Shown here piece after piece: positions 29,486-46,870 of a stretch of DNA of 64,000 nt. Position numbers and translations under genes: made by a program. The stretch is from assembly GCF_009914755.1 (NCBI RefSeq), contig NC_060930.1; one strand, 5' to 3'. Each line of letters begins with the position of its first letter. Position 1 is the first letter of the stretch. Below the pieces are notes generated by a model, which was not told the origin of the DNA, ran no database searches, and saw only the letters and a list, made by a program, of their open reading frames with translations. Origin of the DNA: the human T2T-CHM13v2.0 reference genome, Homo sapiens.

Positions 29486-31569
29486 ATGGAGCATCCATGC
29501 TATGCCACCAAAAGCAGAGAAAGCCAGTGGATCTGAGAGAAGAGAGAAATACTCTTCATCACCTTCACACGAGGGCACCCACCAGTACATTAGACTATGT
29601 CCCTAAAATACATAACCATTACTTTTGTGGCAGCCAGCATGGCGTTCCTTCATAAGCAATACCTTTCATTATTGATTTGGAAACATCAATGCTCAGAAAA
29701 ACAATGGAGGAAGAAAATCAGGTGATCCACAGTGACGTATTTTATTCTGGGATGTGTCATCTCCCCAGGTAAAGTGATCTGATGGGAGCAGAACAGGAAG
29801 AGTTGTAGTAACACAGCACACAAAGAATTATAGTTTTATACGTCCTTTTTGCATCCGTGGCAGAAGTCTTAATGATGGAATTAAACAGCTCAACTAAAAA
29901 TGTAGAGAGCTTCAGTTGGTGGAAGTTAGATAAAGCTGTACAACACAATCCATTGTGCAGATGTGACCAACACAAAGCAGAACAAAGCACAACTACACAC
30001 TATGTTTACTGGCGTACACTAAGTCTAGAAAACTATTTTCTCAAGCCCATTAGGTAGAGTAAAAAACAGTAATAATAACAGACCTATGAAAGAGTGCAGA
30101 CAGCAAAAACAAACAGAAATCTGAGAAAATAAGAAGTATAGCAATTTCTTTCAAAAACTATTTTCTATTATAAGCAAAAATCTAAGATATATGATGATAA
30201 TAGATACAGACACACACACATATATACTATAGGTAGATACACACATATAGATAGGTGACAGACATACACACCAACCTATTTATATATTTTATCAATAGAT
30301 AATATATAGATAAGAGAGAGTAGTTGATGACTCTAAGTAAAGAATGTTCAGTAATTTATTGTATTATCTTTGTAACTTTTCTGGAAGTGTAAAATTAATT
30401 TCAATTATAAGGTTTTTTAACATAATAAACTAGGTCTTGGAAAGATGCTTAACAAACATTGGCAGAAATAAATGATTAAAAATACCTCCCCAAAGTGAAC
30501 ATATTTTAAAAGATGTCTATAAATAAAACAAGAAAGAGAACAAAAATTAAAGTGTCATATGCTTCTCCAGTAAAAACAATCTTTATTCAGTAGGAAAAAG
30601 TGATTTAAGAGATATGGACTAGTGGCTATTTCTTTTTAGAGCATGTTCAGGACTTTTATCCCATCCCTCACAAATTTCAAAATAAATTTAATTACTTCAA
30701 AGACAAAGAAGACAGATTCATGTAAGGCAAATGAACTATGGGGTAATATTTGGATAAAGCTCACAAGACTTAAAGAAAGAGACGCTAGAATTTAATTCTA
30801 TGGCAAGAACTTAAAATGGGTAGATGGTGTCACCCCAGGCCAGACTACAGATCTGCAGAGTATATACGAGACATTGGAACAAACAGAAGCACGTTGAAAA
30901 CAGATGTCAAAGCATAATGTTTTCAGTGAGAAATTGCCATTATTTTGGAATAAATGGACAGAAAGAAAAAAAGCTTAATATCCTAGGTCAAGCAAGAGGC
31001 CAATGTGTTGTCGAAGTGGAGTTTTCTTAATAGTCATTCTGCATCTAGGGATTAAATTAGCTTCTTGTATTTGCTGTAATGACCAAAGATTATCTGCCTC
31101 ATACTTTGTCTCAAACTAAGACCTTAATACTATTTAAAGTAATGTCCCACATGTGTAGCACAGTGGAGAAAAACAGGGTATCATATGTTTACTAAGCACC
31201 TTAATTTTGAACAACCAATTTTTTAGTTCCTTCATGATCCTACAACATTGAGAGCACCTCTCACATTTAAACAGGAGGATTAAAGATGAATGAAGCTAAG
31301 AATGGATACTAGGTTGGTTTTCTCTTTTCTGATGAGGGTTGTCTTCCATTTGATGTTTTTATCATTTTCCCCTTGAAATGAAGAGTGTAGATCCTCCATC
31401 AAAACATTTACACACAGGAGAATATTGGATCAAGAGTTCTTTATGGAAATTACTTTTGTCCTGATATATGACAAAGACTTTAAGGATCAGGATCTGAAAG
31501 AAATTTGGAGTAAGAGGTGTGATTAATTATTATATCTGGAATTTGCAATGCACCAGTTTTTTTCTGCAG

Positions 31570-31581
31570 GAATTCCAAGTG
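31570..31581 (+). other. Candidate 12-nt microexon GAATTCCAAGTG
   Basis: TTTTTTTCTGCAG acceptor, GTG|GTAAGA donor, TGC motifs just upstream. Confidence 0.25.
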
Positions 31582-31734
31582 GTAAGATATATTAATAGTT
31601 GAAAGAATAAAATGCAGTTGGTTTTATTCAGGGGAGCTGAAGTCTAATTGCTATTTTTTTGACATTTATTTTAGAATTTTGCTCATCCTTCTGAGGTGAA
31701 TGGCAACACCTTTGGAGCCAGTCATCATGGGGAA

Positions 31735-31950
31735 TGAAAGAGTGAGTGGGCATTGGGATCAGATAGACTGGGCTTCCAGATCCCAGCTGCAAGGTTATTG
31801 GCAGAAACCTTCACATATTTTTTCTGAGACTCAGTTTCTTTGTCTGTAAAAGAAAGGTAAGTATTTTCCCCCATAGAGGTGATATTAGGATTGAAATTGG
31901 TAAAATTTTAAAGTGTCTAGAATAGTGCCTGACCAGGATTGCTGGATAAA
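31735..31950 (+). mobile_element. MIR
   Basis: GATCCCAGCT..CTGAGACTCAGTTTCTTTGTCTGTAAAA..AGAATAGTGCCTGAC core. Confidence 0.8.
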
Positions 31951-34859
31951 CAACGAACATTTTTTTAATGTGTTTGTCCCATATAATATTTATCTATCAG
32001 AAGTTCAAATTTAACTTGGTTAAATTCATATGCTAAATTGAACAACCCTATTTCTGGCACAACTCGATAGCTAAAAAATACTGATCGTTCCTTTTCCCCT
32101 TCCTGGCCTTTAGACAGGCCAGTGGATTGTTCCTTTATAGAGCATTTGAAGGGAGCAAAATCAGAAGAGTACCCTTGGCCTATATGCCTAGGAATAGACA
32201 TTAAAAGACAAGAAAGTCAATCACATTGACGAATGGTGACAGATTCTGCCACAAAAATTATAGGAACCCAAAGTTGAGATGAAAGCATAGCACCCATCTT
32301 AAATAAACTCCCAACTTCCCAAAAGTAAAATATAAGCAAATATTATGATAGAGTAAATGAATAATAGAAATAGAGAGAAAATACATTAATTTTAACTATT
32401 ACCTTGTGATATTGTAGAACATATATGCTTATTTACCCCAAAACAACTTCAAGATCTAAAGTAACTAAAATGTCAAATGAACTTGATGAAACTCAGTCAT
32501 ATACACATAAAATTTCAACTGTCTTGTTAAAGTCAATATTCAATATTGAGATTAAAAAAAAATCAAGGCATTTTTCCCTTTTTGCTTTCCTGAGATAATC
32601 AATATCATTGGAAAGTCAGGTTTCCTATTCTGCTTTTAGCCTTCAAAATTTGCCAAATCCCAGGAAAGACATGCCTCTAAGATATAAAAATAACTGTACA
32701 AACTTAGTTAATAAGGACCTCATTGGAGCAACATGATATTCTCCCTCAAAACTGGTTTTGCTGGCGACAACCTCAATTTCTCGAGTCAGATACTAAAGTT
32801 CTACCTAAACAAAATGCTTAATGACTTGATCTTCAGCAATTAAAACATTCAGGTCATGAAAACTCTTTTCAATTAATTCTAAAAACCAAGTCTCATAGTT
32901 TGTATGTCACATGCCAGACTGTATTTTCAGTTTAAACTGTTGGTAACATCTTCTTCACAAGGGTAATTATCAGTAACAAATAAGACACTTTACCTAAAGC
33001 ACATGGGACAGAGTTGGCCCTCAATGAACACTGGTTGTGTCTTCACTTACTCCACCTTAACCACAAGCCAGATACTGGGTATAAAATGATAAATAAGACA
33101 TAGTTCCATCCCTATATGTTGATGTATGCTATAATATTATTTGTGAGTTTTTGTTGTTGTTGACAAGTCGTGACAAACTATTTTTGGACTCATTTGTAGA
33201 AAAGAGAGAAAATTTTCAACCATGCAAAAGGTTTCGATATTACTTCCTTAATAATTATGTAGGAGTAGAGTAATTCCCCGAGTTGTACTAAAAATGGAAA
33301 GAAAACATATTCTTTAGACTTGGAAACCAATGCCTCAAAAGATAACTTAATCATATGGGAGAATAAGCTTGCAAAGACAGAAAAACAGCCATCTAATCCA
33401 AGCTGTCAACTCCTCCATTTTTGTCCTTCCCTGAAACCTAACTTCACCCTCCTATCTTCTCCCAGAGACCATGACGCCACTGCCAAAGAAAATCTCCAGA
33501 AGTCCATGGTTACAGATTCAAGCAAATGAAGGGAACATGATTTTGGCTTGTGTAATAATTAACCATGACTTGCATGAATTTCACATAAGACCAGCTGTAG
33601 AAAAGAGCACAGTGAAGATATAACCAAAGTTTATGGCTTGTTAAGAGCCCTTAGACATTAGTTGATATGCTTAAGAACAGTTCTTTGGAAAATGACTCCA
33701 AAAAGCAGAATCGAGCCAGTAAAGGAAAGAGCACACAAGAACCAGATTTCTATCTTAGTTTATGCAAGGTTTCTGATATGAATAGACTGCTAAAATAACA
33801 AATCGTTTTGCCTGGAATCACCATGTGTATTTTCCTTGACTAATCTGTTTAATTCAATCCTGACTCCTACAATAATAGCAAGACATAACAACTTCTTGGA
33901 AATCCTCCCTCTATTGTCTCAAGCAAGATTCCAGAACAGCTGAAGTAAAAATCCTTAGATATAAGCAGAAAAAAGTACTGTCCCAACGTGCCCTGGGTTA
34001 TCCAGTCTGTTTCTCGTAAACTAGCTCCTAAATTATGCCACATTTTTTGAAAAAAATAATATACACAGGCTATGTCTGCAAGTCAAACTGATGAGCCCAT
34101 TCTGAAGGCCAAGTTCAGTAAAAATAAGTCAAGCCGAAAGAGAAAACTTGACTATTGTAAAGGTTGAACCAGATGTTTGTATAGAGCCAGTCCAATCATA
34201 CAGCATAATTTAGAACTTGGCTTATGTGAAACAGATGGCCAAAGGCCTGTCCTTGCGTGCTCTGTGTTCTCTGCTTCTATTACTAAATCTGACTAAGTTT
34301 TATATTTTCTGCTTTGTTTTGTTTGGGATCGTTGTTTGTTGTTGTTGTTTAACTGACAATCATTTTAGAAGCCAAACAAGTTGTGCTTATCAATGTAGCC
34401 TTTGGAAAAGATGACAAATAACTTGGTGTGGAAGAAATTGGCTTTAGATTTCTTTTTGGCTTTAGTTTCTAGAAACCTAAAGCTTATAAGTGACCGGAGA
34501 GAAAATAAAATGTTTGGAAACACCTCCTGAAGCAGATAAGAGAGTTCTGTGGCAACCCCCTCTAAATATGCCCACAATTAGAAAATATTTACCTGGGAGG
34601 AAAAAAAGAGAGACCAGGAAATCATCCTAGACTGTGTATGTATCTTTTCCCTCTGCCTGAAATGGTCCACTCACATTCCTTTCCTGATGCACAGAAAAAT
34701 TCCTACTCATTCTAAATCTCAAAGCAAGAATAACTTTCTGGTTGACTTACAAAGCACTCACTCCTTCCAGTATCCTTCTTTTATTCCATACTGCCTGGCA
34801 AGAAAACATCTTTATTTTTTTAATTCCCAACTCAAGAACTTCCTAAGTCTGCAAAGCCC

Positions 34860-35070
34860 TTCCTGACACAAGTTGATTATTGCTGCTTCATGCCACTGCC
34901 GTCTCCAAAATTTACATTTATTATAGCACTAATCACACAGTAGTATAAAGATTTGGAGTTGGTTTTGTTTTCTATATTTCTGTCTCTCTTAGAACACTGA
35001 TTGTTGCTTGAGGGGAGAGGTCGCTTCTTGTTAAACTCTGTCCTCAACACCTTCTGCAGAGCTTGCATAA
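34860..35070. mobile_element. L2 3' fragment
   Basis: TTATAGCACTAATCACAC..CTGTCTCTCT..TGCTTGAGGGGAGAGG pattern. Confidence 0.45.
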
Positions 35071-35922
35071 AAAGAAAAGAGTAAATATTTTAAAAGCACT
35101 CAAAGAGTTGAGCTTTAGCAAAAGCAGGCTGATTTGCTTTAGACCAAATCGCCCTCCAAGAACAACTAGAAAAAGCATACATGGAAGTTTTTTTAATGTT
35201 ACAATGTACTAGAATACCAAGGAGATAAGTTTTCAGAGTCTAGGATCCAGAAGAATAGGGATGCGCAGAGGGGTAAACACTGCACTTAATAAAGCATTTA
35301 CCTCTGGAGGAGTGATTTACCAGAGTGACTGAGTGCCTTGGAATCTATCAGTTGTCACCACTTATTGAGGCTGAGGGACAGACACTTGAATTCAAAGCCT
35401 CCCAAAGACATAGAGGCCAGGCAAATCTCCCCAGGTTTGGGTTGGCAAGAGGTAAAATTACATCCCAGGAGTAGGGCAAATTGAAAATAAATAACTCTCT
35501 TAAGATCTAAAGCTCAGTTACAAATAATCTCATTCTGATTTAATTATAATGATATATCAATAACAGAGCTACCTGAAGCAAAAGTAAATCATCTCTGGAG
35601 GAAGATAGCCTCAAATTTTCTTTATGTATTTCCATAAACAAGCAAAATAATCAGACATAGGACAATATAATAAATGATAGAAAAATTAGCAGACAAGTTT
35701 AAACTCAGAAAGTGAATAAAATAGAATTATCAGGCAAGGACTTTAAAATAACTATGTATAATATGTTTAAGAAATTATATCAAGGAGCATTTTGGTAAAC
35801 AACTAGAAAATATGCAGAAAATTTTTTTAGCATATGAAAAGATCATGGGGGAATTTTCTAAGAGTGATCTTAATCTTGGTGGTAATTGCAAAGTGTATGC
35901 ATAGATAAAAATTCAATAAGCT

Positions 35923-36730
<808 letters not shown>

Positions 36731-38410
36731 AATTATAAATAAAAATAAGCATTCGGTAAATGTTGTTGAAAGAACTAATGTATGAAGGAATAGGTCAATG
36801 AATCTTGTTTCAAGGATTTACAGCCACTAGAGAGAAAAGGGTAATGAGAACAGGTACTAAGAAATGAATAATCTAACAACTTCACCTGGATTGACTGGGA
36901 TTTATCTGACTGTTAAAATTAGGTGACTATTGGGCACTTGAGATAAATGTCTTTCAGGATATTACCTAATATTTGACTTAGCAATAAATTCTTTCTGCTA
37001 TTATGACCTAAATTATTCTTGCAGTTAACATTCTACTTGTCTTTGGTCATATTTTACTTCTCTGTTTCTAAAAACTACTCTCAAGATAGACCACACTGAA
37101 TAAATAGACCTTTGACTAGAAGAGAAATATGAAGACTGATTGTTAAAATAATAGAAAACCAATCTGGTTTGGGGGTACTTATATTTTCTGAATAAGTCCT
37201 GAAATTCACACATATATTCAACTCACTTTTTTAGCTAACCCTGGTACAAATTAGTATATGACAGTGGCAATTTACCAAATGGGTTTCTGAAATCACTGGG
37301 AAGTCTAACGGTGTTTTCCCAGAGAGCTAAATTATTATTTGCTAATAACAGCACAATAGGAGGAGTTGGTTTCATATTTTTTTGGTGGTATTTGACTTGA
37401 TTTTTCATCACTTTATTCCAATTATTGGTTAATTCCTGGTGTTCTCTTTCAGCTGTTTTATAAGCCACGTGTATTACAGGATGTCTCATGCAAATAGAAA
37501 AATTTCAGATTGTCTTAGAAAGTATATCATAGGGCTCTGTGTTCTGCAGACTCAAAAATACCACTGGACCCAATCAACACAGAAACTAAGTAATATACTG
37601 AAGCTTCCCAATATAGGAAAATATGTAAAAATCCAAGTGTTTTAGGAAAAAAATTAAGTGCATAACTCCAGGACAAGCAGCTGTCAGCACCTGTTGACAT
37701 TATAAACTACATCCTAAATTGTTCTCCAAACACACTTTGGAAGTGAACTCTCATGATCACCTAAGGCCCAAGGCGTCTGACAAAAGTCAGTGGTCCAGAT
37801 AAGTGGCTGAGACAATTGCCTAGTCTAAGGGAAGTCGTGGTGTCCTCCTCCTTATGGGACTGCAGCCACAAAGTCTGGTCCTTTGTGACCAGCCAAAGGA
37901 ATCATGGTCCCTCCTTTCCAAATGCAGTGAACATCTGAGTTTGGTGACTGATGACAGACCCTTGTAAAGGGCAAGAGTGATGTTAAAATCATTCAAGGGT
38001 TTGTAGCATCAGCAGGAACTCTACTGAAGACCAAGTTCCCCATCCGTAATGTGGCTTAGTGGTTCTTGCCTCAAAGAGTGATAGAGAAATTTTTTCTCTC
38101 CCCTTAAGGGCCATGCCTTTAGGAGACAATTAAAAAATATATATGTAACAGGTTCTTCACAGCGTTTTGAAAGTAAATAACAATACAAGCAAATATGAGT
38201 GGATTAACCCTAATGAGCAGTAGTCCTCTGTATGACCTACTACCCTCAATCTTTGTCCTATCAGCATGCTACTAGTATTACTTTTTTATTTTTAATTTAC
38301 TCAAATAATTTACCTTAAATACATCAGATTCATCGTAAACAATACTTTCATTATCATGAATTTGATATATTAGTTACATTTTTTCTGACATATTTAAAAT
38401 CAATACACGA

Positions 38411-38540
38411 TTTTTTTTTTTTGGAGAGACAGGGTCTTGCTATGCTGCCCAGACTTGTTCAAACTTGTGTGCTCAAGCAATCCTCTTACTTTAACCTCCC
38501 TAAGTACTGGGATTACAGGTATGAGCTACCCCGTGAAGGC
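38411..38540 (-). mobile_element. FLAM/Alu left monomer
   Basis: Poly-T then GAGACAGGGTCTTGCTATGCTGCCCAG..CTGGGATTACAGG. Confidence 0.85.
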
Positions 38541-38719
38541 TTTAATAAATTAAAAACATTAATCAGTCATTCTATCATTGAAAATTAGCTTACTTAAAGC
38601 TGAGGGAAGCTGTGCCATACTTTGGAAAACCTTGTTGAATACCTCACTTGAGTTTTGTTGCTTTTTTCGATCTTCCATATGTGAACTTGAGACAAGGAAG
38701 TGTAGGGGAAAATCATCCA

Positions 38720-38925
38720 TACTTTAAATCACATCTGGGTTTTAAACCGTTTGGCCACCAAGTAGCTGTAACATAGATGGTTGACTTAATCCCTACATCT
38801 GTTTTATCATTTGTCAAGTGCAAATGGAAAGCCCTGCCTTGAAAGAATATGAAACTTAAACAAGATTATGTTTTCAGAACACTAAGTACAGGGCCTGTAA
38901 CGTAATAGGAGCTCAATAAATGCAA
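38720..38925 (+). mobile_element. MIR remnant
   Basis: CTGGGTTTTAAACC..CAGGGCCTGTAACGTAATAGGAGCTCAATAAATG. Confidence 0.55.
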
Positions 38926-39089
38926 GTCTTCTTATTCCTTCTTCAGCAAAGATCAAACCCTAAATCATCAGGTTTCCACTGTGTTTTAAACTTTCTTCAG
39001 TTCAAAGACAAGAAACATTAGAAGATTTTCCAAAAATTGACAACCCACACATGTTGATTATTATAGATGATTATATTGATGTATTATTC

Positions 39090-39845
39090 TCACTGTACAT
39101 ATCACACTATTTCATAATTAATTGTTCACACATCTGCCTGTCCCATTAGATTACAAATATCTTGAGGGCAAATTCTGGTGGTTCAATTTCACCATCTAAA
39201 TATCTCCACAATCTGTCACTTCTTTCCAATCATACTATCACTATCTAGTCCAAACCACTGTGATCTCCAGTGTAGACTGTTGTAATTGTTTCCTGACTGG
39301 CCTCTCACTATACATTCTTGCTCTGATCAATCCTTCCTTTCATAGTACAAGCAAAAGAGCTTCTTTTAAAGATGCAAATTTTCTCTCTCTCATTTAAAAC
39401 CTTTCAGCTACTTAACGTTACTCCTGGAAGAACATCTCAAATCCTTCAACTTAACCACAAAGGATTATTTAATCTGGCCCCTACCTACATGCATACGGCC
39501 TCACACAGAGTTTCTGTCCTTCTCCTTCCACATTTTAAATATAATGGTCTTTTTTCCATTTCACAAACCATAACATCCTTTGTCACTTAAAGACACTTCA
39601 ATTTGCTGTCTAGAATGCTTTCCAGCAGCACAAATGAATGTTGTAAGGCTAAGCCCTTCAGGAACCAGAATGAAATTCAATTCCCTAGGACGCCTCTTGA
39701 ACAACTAAGCCTTCCCTGCTGTCCATCCAAAGTAGCTTGTACTTCAACACTCTTGCACCATGAGTACAGAGACCTCTTCTGCCTTTTCATTGTCATGTCC
39801 TCAGCAACTAAAGCAGGGCTGACACATATATATGCATTTAATGAA
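39090..39845. mobile_element. L2 fragments
   Basis: ATCTAGTCCAAACCAC..TCCTGACTGGCCTC..TAAAACCTTTCAG..ATCTGGCCCCTACCTAC motifs. Confidence 0.6.
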
Positions 39846-42134
39846 GGCACGAACACACTTGAATTAATCTATTTGTGGCACAAAGGCAAAATATTAATTT
39901 TCTTTTACAAAACTTATTTATCTACACATGCAAATATATTTAGCTACACAATTCTACTCTAAGTAGAATGTAATTCTGAATATTCTTTTTAGAGCGCCCA
40001 AACGTAAACACATCCCTTTCTGTCATGTATCCCCAGCGCTCAAGCTAAATCTACTACTACTACCTCTATGGATTGTTCTTCATAAAATGTTCACAAAAGA
40101 GACAGGATCTCAGATGAACAGACATCTCCCATCCCCACTCATGCCCCTGCTGGCCTCCCCACCTGGTCCTGATTGAAGCACTCCTTTCTAATGTCTGAGG
40201 CAAGTGGGACTTGAACTGGATAAATCTGCCTGCCTGCTACTCAGAGGGGGCTGAGGTATCAGTTCCAAATCCACTGATAAGGAAATTCTCTGATGATAAC
40301 AGCAGGCTTGACATTGATGAAGCCTCCCCATCTGGTATGTTTAGGGGAGCAATCATGAACAAGGGGTGGCAAAATGTGTTTTCTTGGCTCCTGGCCACCA
40401 CCATATTGTGTTAAGATTCCTCTCTCTTCCACTGCTCTCCGTCCCCATTTCCGTGTGACTTGAAGGAACTGTTCTAGAAATTTTTGGCTGCTTCTGAAAG
40501 CTTTCCTTTCCTTTTTTTTTTTTTTTTTTTTGGACTAAATCAGGCTGTTTTATTTGATGGAGAAAATGCCTTCCCTTTGGATGTATTCAGAAAGTTCTTT
40601 TACAGAGAAGAAAGTTGCATATGCAGTTTGTGTCACATTAACATCCCCTTAGAGGCCAATGTGGTGTCTAATGGAGTTGCTAGATACATTTTAAAAGTCA
40701 GCAACATTTTAAATTACTGTCGTTGCTCTGTTCAGTGGTCATTAGATGCTCTTTTTTTTCTGTTTGGATACACCGGATGGGTGGTGGCACACTTAGGCAC
40801 CCAAGTTGATCTAATGTATTCAATTTATTTCCAGGTGTCTTGCTTCTCCATAAAAAATGATGTGCACATCCTATGTGAATAGAATGCACACCCATTGATT
40901 GTGTCAAAGATACTATGACTTCTGGATAGCTGCAGAACAGTAACAGGCAATCTCAGTGTAATTAGCTACCTGAGCACACCTAGGAGAGAGAGAAAGGTAT
41001 CTTACTGATGTTACCTTCTGCATGTCTCTTGGTGAAACAATAATAAAGCAGAAATATATTTTTACTCATTTGCAAGACTCTGCCTGGTATTAACACATAA
41101 GCATATATTTTTATTCCCTAAATGTAACTAGAAATGTACAGAACAATTAACTTGACTTGTACATAATGGACACTAAAATACAATCACTAAATTTTAGAAT
41201 TGAAGGGCTTTAACTAAGAACTAAGAAATAAATATCCTAGCCAGTTACATAAAAGCCAGTTAGTGAAACAATCTAAAATAGAACCCAAGCCTCCTAACCC
41301 CTAAATCGTTCTTTATCCAACACAACAGCTGCAACGTTTTATTGAATAAATTGGTGAATTCGCTATTATTTAGTATAATCAGTAACACTAGGAATATTAG
41401 TCAAATGAAAACCCCACCAAAAATGTTAAGATTTGTCTTATACCAGTAGCACTTTTAAGTGTAATAAATTGACACATATTCTGTGACTGCTTTCTGTGTC
41501 ATTATGATCTAAATCTGTAAATCTCATTTTTAGTTTCACCATTATGAAGGTATGCTTTTACTGTCTTTAGAGATAAACAGATATCCTGATATGTGATTAT
41601 ATCATGTAAATTTGCAATGAACTGCATGGTGTATATCTGTTTGAGAATTACTTACAGCTAATTTTTAGTTCCAGATTGATAACCTCCTGTCACAATGCTA
41701 CTGTATGTATGCAGATAAAAGTGTTTTTAACATAGTTGGAAACAAAATATATTTATATCTTACATGTGGTATATCTTCATTAATATTCTAACTCTTCTAG
41801 TAAAAAAAATCAGATATACCCCAAAAGCCTGCTATAATTAACTTCAACTTTCCCCTGCCTCTGGATTACCTCTCCCACTACTTCTTTCCAACAACAACAG
41901 GATGTTACCATTCCTATTGGAATATGGTACTGCTTAAAAAGATTTATACAAGCATCGGTTATTGACAACACAGATATGATTAACAGTGATCACTCTCTAT
42001 GTACATTCAAAACCAATTTTGTTTCAACTTCTATTGACACATCTAAAAAGCTTAGTTATTGAGTTTCTCCCCAAATAGATGCACTGCCCCTAATTATAAT
42101 GGAATCAGGGGATTTTAGGTTTGAGGTATTATCA

Positions 42135-42370
42135 CATGGCACTGTGATAAAGTGCATCAAGTCAACACCTGGATTACATTCCCAGCTCTTCCACGTAACA
42201 GGTCTGTGACATTAAGCAATGTCATAAGCAATGCTAAGAAATTAAATTGCATTAAACAATTCTAAAATGCAGGTAATAGTATTACCATATTTAAAAGATT
42301 TTTGATTAAATGAGATCACTATACTTAGAACAGCTAGAAAATGGTACTCAAAAAGTCTCAGCTAGTATTA
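42135..42370 (+). mobile_element. MIR remnant
   Basis: CCTGGATTACATTCCCAGCTCTTCCAC..TGTGAC..GATTAAATGAGAT..CTTAGAACAG. Confidence 0.6.
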
Positions 42371-42840
42371 TTGGAATAAACTCAATAAATCAATCAACTT
42401 CATTTCCTCTCAGTGCAGGAATTCCATTTGAAATCTCCTCAGTAGACAGTAATCCAGCTTGAGGTAAAATGCTTCCCCTATTAGCACACTTGGCTCTTCA
42501 TAAAATTTTTTTCTTCCATTACTGACAACATTAAGTGTAGAAAGTCCATCATGGTATTGAGTTAATATTGACTTCTTCCATAACCACCACTTTATCTTAG
42601 TCCTAAACTGGGAAAACCTGCATAAATCTAATGGCAGCCCTTTAAATATGGAGAGCATTTACCCAATGCCCTACCTAAAATTACCCTTTATGCTATGCTT
42701 ATCTTATTATTGATACATATGATTAATTAGATTGTTAATGAGGTTAATTATAACCAATTTTTCAAGTTAAATTGAGAAACATTTTACATGTTTTCTAAAA
42801 TGAGGAAACAAATGAATTAGAAAAGTCTCTGTTTACATAG

Positions 42841-42906
42841 AAACCATTCATTTCCGTTGAGTAGATGGTGAGGGAAAAACGGCTCGGGGATAACACTGTG
42901 GCCATG
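42841..42906 (+). other. Candidate 66-nt exon ending in GCCATG|GTAAGT
   Basis: TCTCTGTTTACATAG acceptor, consensus donor; stops in all frames from the acceptor, so non-coding or first coding exon. Confidence 0.3.
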
Positions 42907-43012
42907 GTAAGTACTTTTTCACCTTTTGTTCCCAACTGTATTGTTTGTTTTCAAAGTGAGACTATCACTCTATGTACTTGCTACCAGTCATACAATTAAA
43001 ACGTGTGCTGCC

Positions 43013-45235
<2,223 letters not shown>

Positions 45236-46397
45236 AATATGGGCTGCCTAGATATGCCATTTAGCTGCTCTAAATTTTACACAATTATAGTTTGTATGCT
45301 TTCTATTTTGCTTATTTTTGAAAATGTTGGTCAAGCCTCTTTTATGCCTTTTCTTTTAAATCTAGATTTTATGTAACAGCTTACTTAACCAGACGTATAC
45401 TTTCTTCACGACCTTCCCCTTCAGTATACTGATGAAAGTAACATGCATTCTTGAAGATATGTAAAATGCTTTCTATATTATAAATTGGAAAATGTTGTAT
45501 ACAGGCTTTATCGTTATATATTCTAATTTTCACTCACTTCTATTTTTCCTTCTCTTACTTGCCTACAACATCAAAATTGTACCCGTTCAATAGTTAATAT
45601 TTCTTCTTTTCCTATTATCTTCTCTCTAAATTTTCTTAACTACAAATCTTTTAGAAATCTTATGGGAAAACCTGTTAGATACTTCTCTTTATAGTCTATC
45701 TTCTGAAAGACATTGAATTGTCTGAGCTTTTATACAGCATATTCCTAAAGACAATCTTTTGGATGCATGGAGTTTAACACATTTTTCTTAAACACATCAT
45801 AATCTCTAGTTTTCTTTGTTCATGCAGATGTAAAATCTGCAGTGTTTGTAGTACAGAGAATCACAGGTCCATTTTTTTATGCTGATGCTTTTATTGGAGC
45901 TCATGCTTACCAATGCCAACCTTTATTTTTCTTTTCTTAAAGAAAATAATAACCATCTCTTACAAAAATACCAGAGCAATTTATATTACACTAAAGTTCT
46001 TTTTATTTCATTTGCTAATAATGTATTGCTGCAGTGTTTTTCTGATAAATTGCTATAACTTGCAATTTATACCAACCATCACACACGAAAAGTTGCATTG
46101 CTGCAGTTTTGCAAGTATTTTTAAGAATGTGTAAAATATTGAGCTTTCATTTGTGTTATACAGTAAGATTCTAATTATTTGCACTAATGGAAAGGAACAA
46201 AAGTAAAGATAATTTTAAATACCAAATTCCAACACCTAAATGAGGCCTATTAGTAGCTGAAACTTTGAAGATTGAATAAAAAATAATCAAGTAATGCATT
46301 GATAATATATAGCTGAGATCAGAATTTGAAAGTACGTATTTCCCTTATCTTACCCCAAATTTCTGCATCTCTCTATGCTGGAACTAGATCTCCCTCC

Positions 46398-46523
46398 CTC
46401 TCAGGTTGATAAAATAAATCAGCTAAACAGAGATATCTTCTTCCAAATTTTTCTACATCTCTCTCTCAGACTGATAAAAATAAATCACCTAAACAGAGAT
46501 AACTTCTTTCAAAATTTTCTACA
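46398..46523. repeat. ~65-bp tandem duplication (2 copies)
   Basis: CTCTCAG..TGATAAAA(A)TAAATCA.CTAAACAGAGATA.CTTCTT.CAAA.TTTTCTACA twice. Confidence 0.9.
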
Positions 46524-46689
46524 GCCCAAGATAACAGGTAATCTGGGAGTAAAGTAGATCAGTATCTCAACAAAATACACTTTCAAAATCAACTATTTGA
46601 TATCTGTCCCAAGGGATGGCAAAAGAGCCTGGTTACAATCTGCCAATTTGATTGTACACAAAGAATCTCTGTCATCTCCATCATCATGT

Positions 46690-46870
46690 ATTGAGCATCC
46701 AGTTTGTATTAGTCATCGTATTCATGGCTAGCTCTCTGTGTGTTAGATTTCTAGGTTTACACTAAGAAAAGGCTCAAAGAGGGTAATTTGCCTAAGTACA
46801 GAGAGATAATAAGTTGCCAAATGAAGGATTTAAACTAAGTTGGATTTACTCCAAACTCATGGACTGCTCA
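46690..46870 (-). mobile_element. MIR remnant
   Basis: TATTGAGCA..AGGCTCAAAGAGGGTAATTTGCCTAAG..GGATTTAAAC..ACTCCAAA. Confidence 0.55.

Noticed and set aside
37676-37702. Clustered E-boxes/TGACA motifs; likewise CCAAT/CRE-like motifs near 47230-47330 and AP-1 TGAGTCA at 50414-50420
   Set aside because: Short motifs expected by chance in 64 kb; no independent support from sequence alone
39603-40907. 119-aa and 132-aa ORFs
   Set aside because: Non-ATG starts, overlap L2 remnants or poly-T, no protein-like homology recognised
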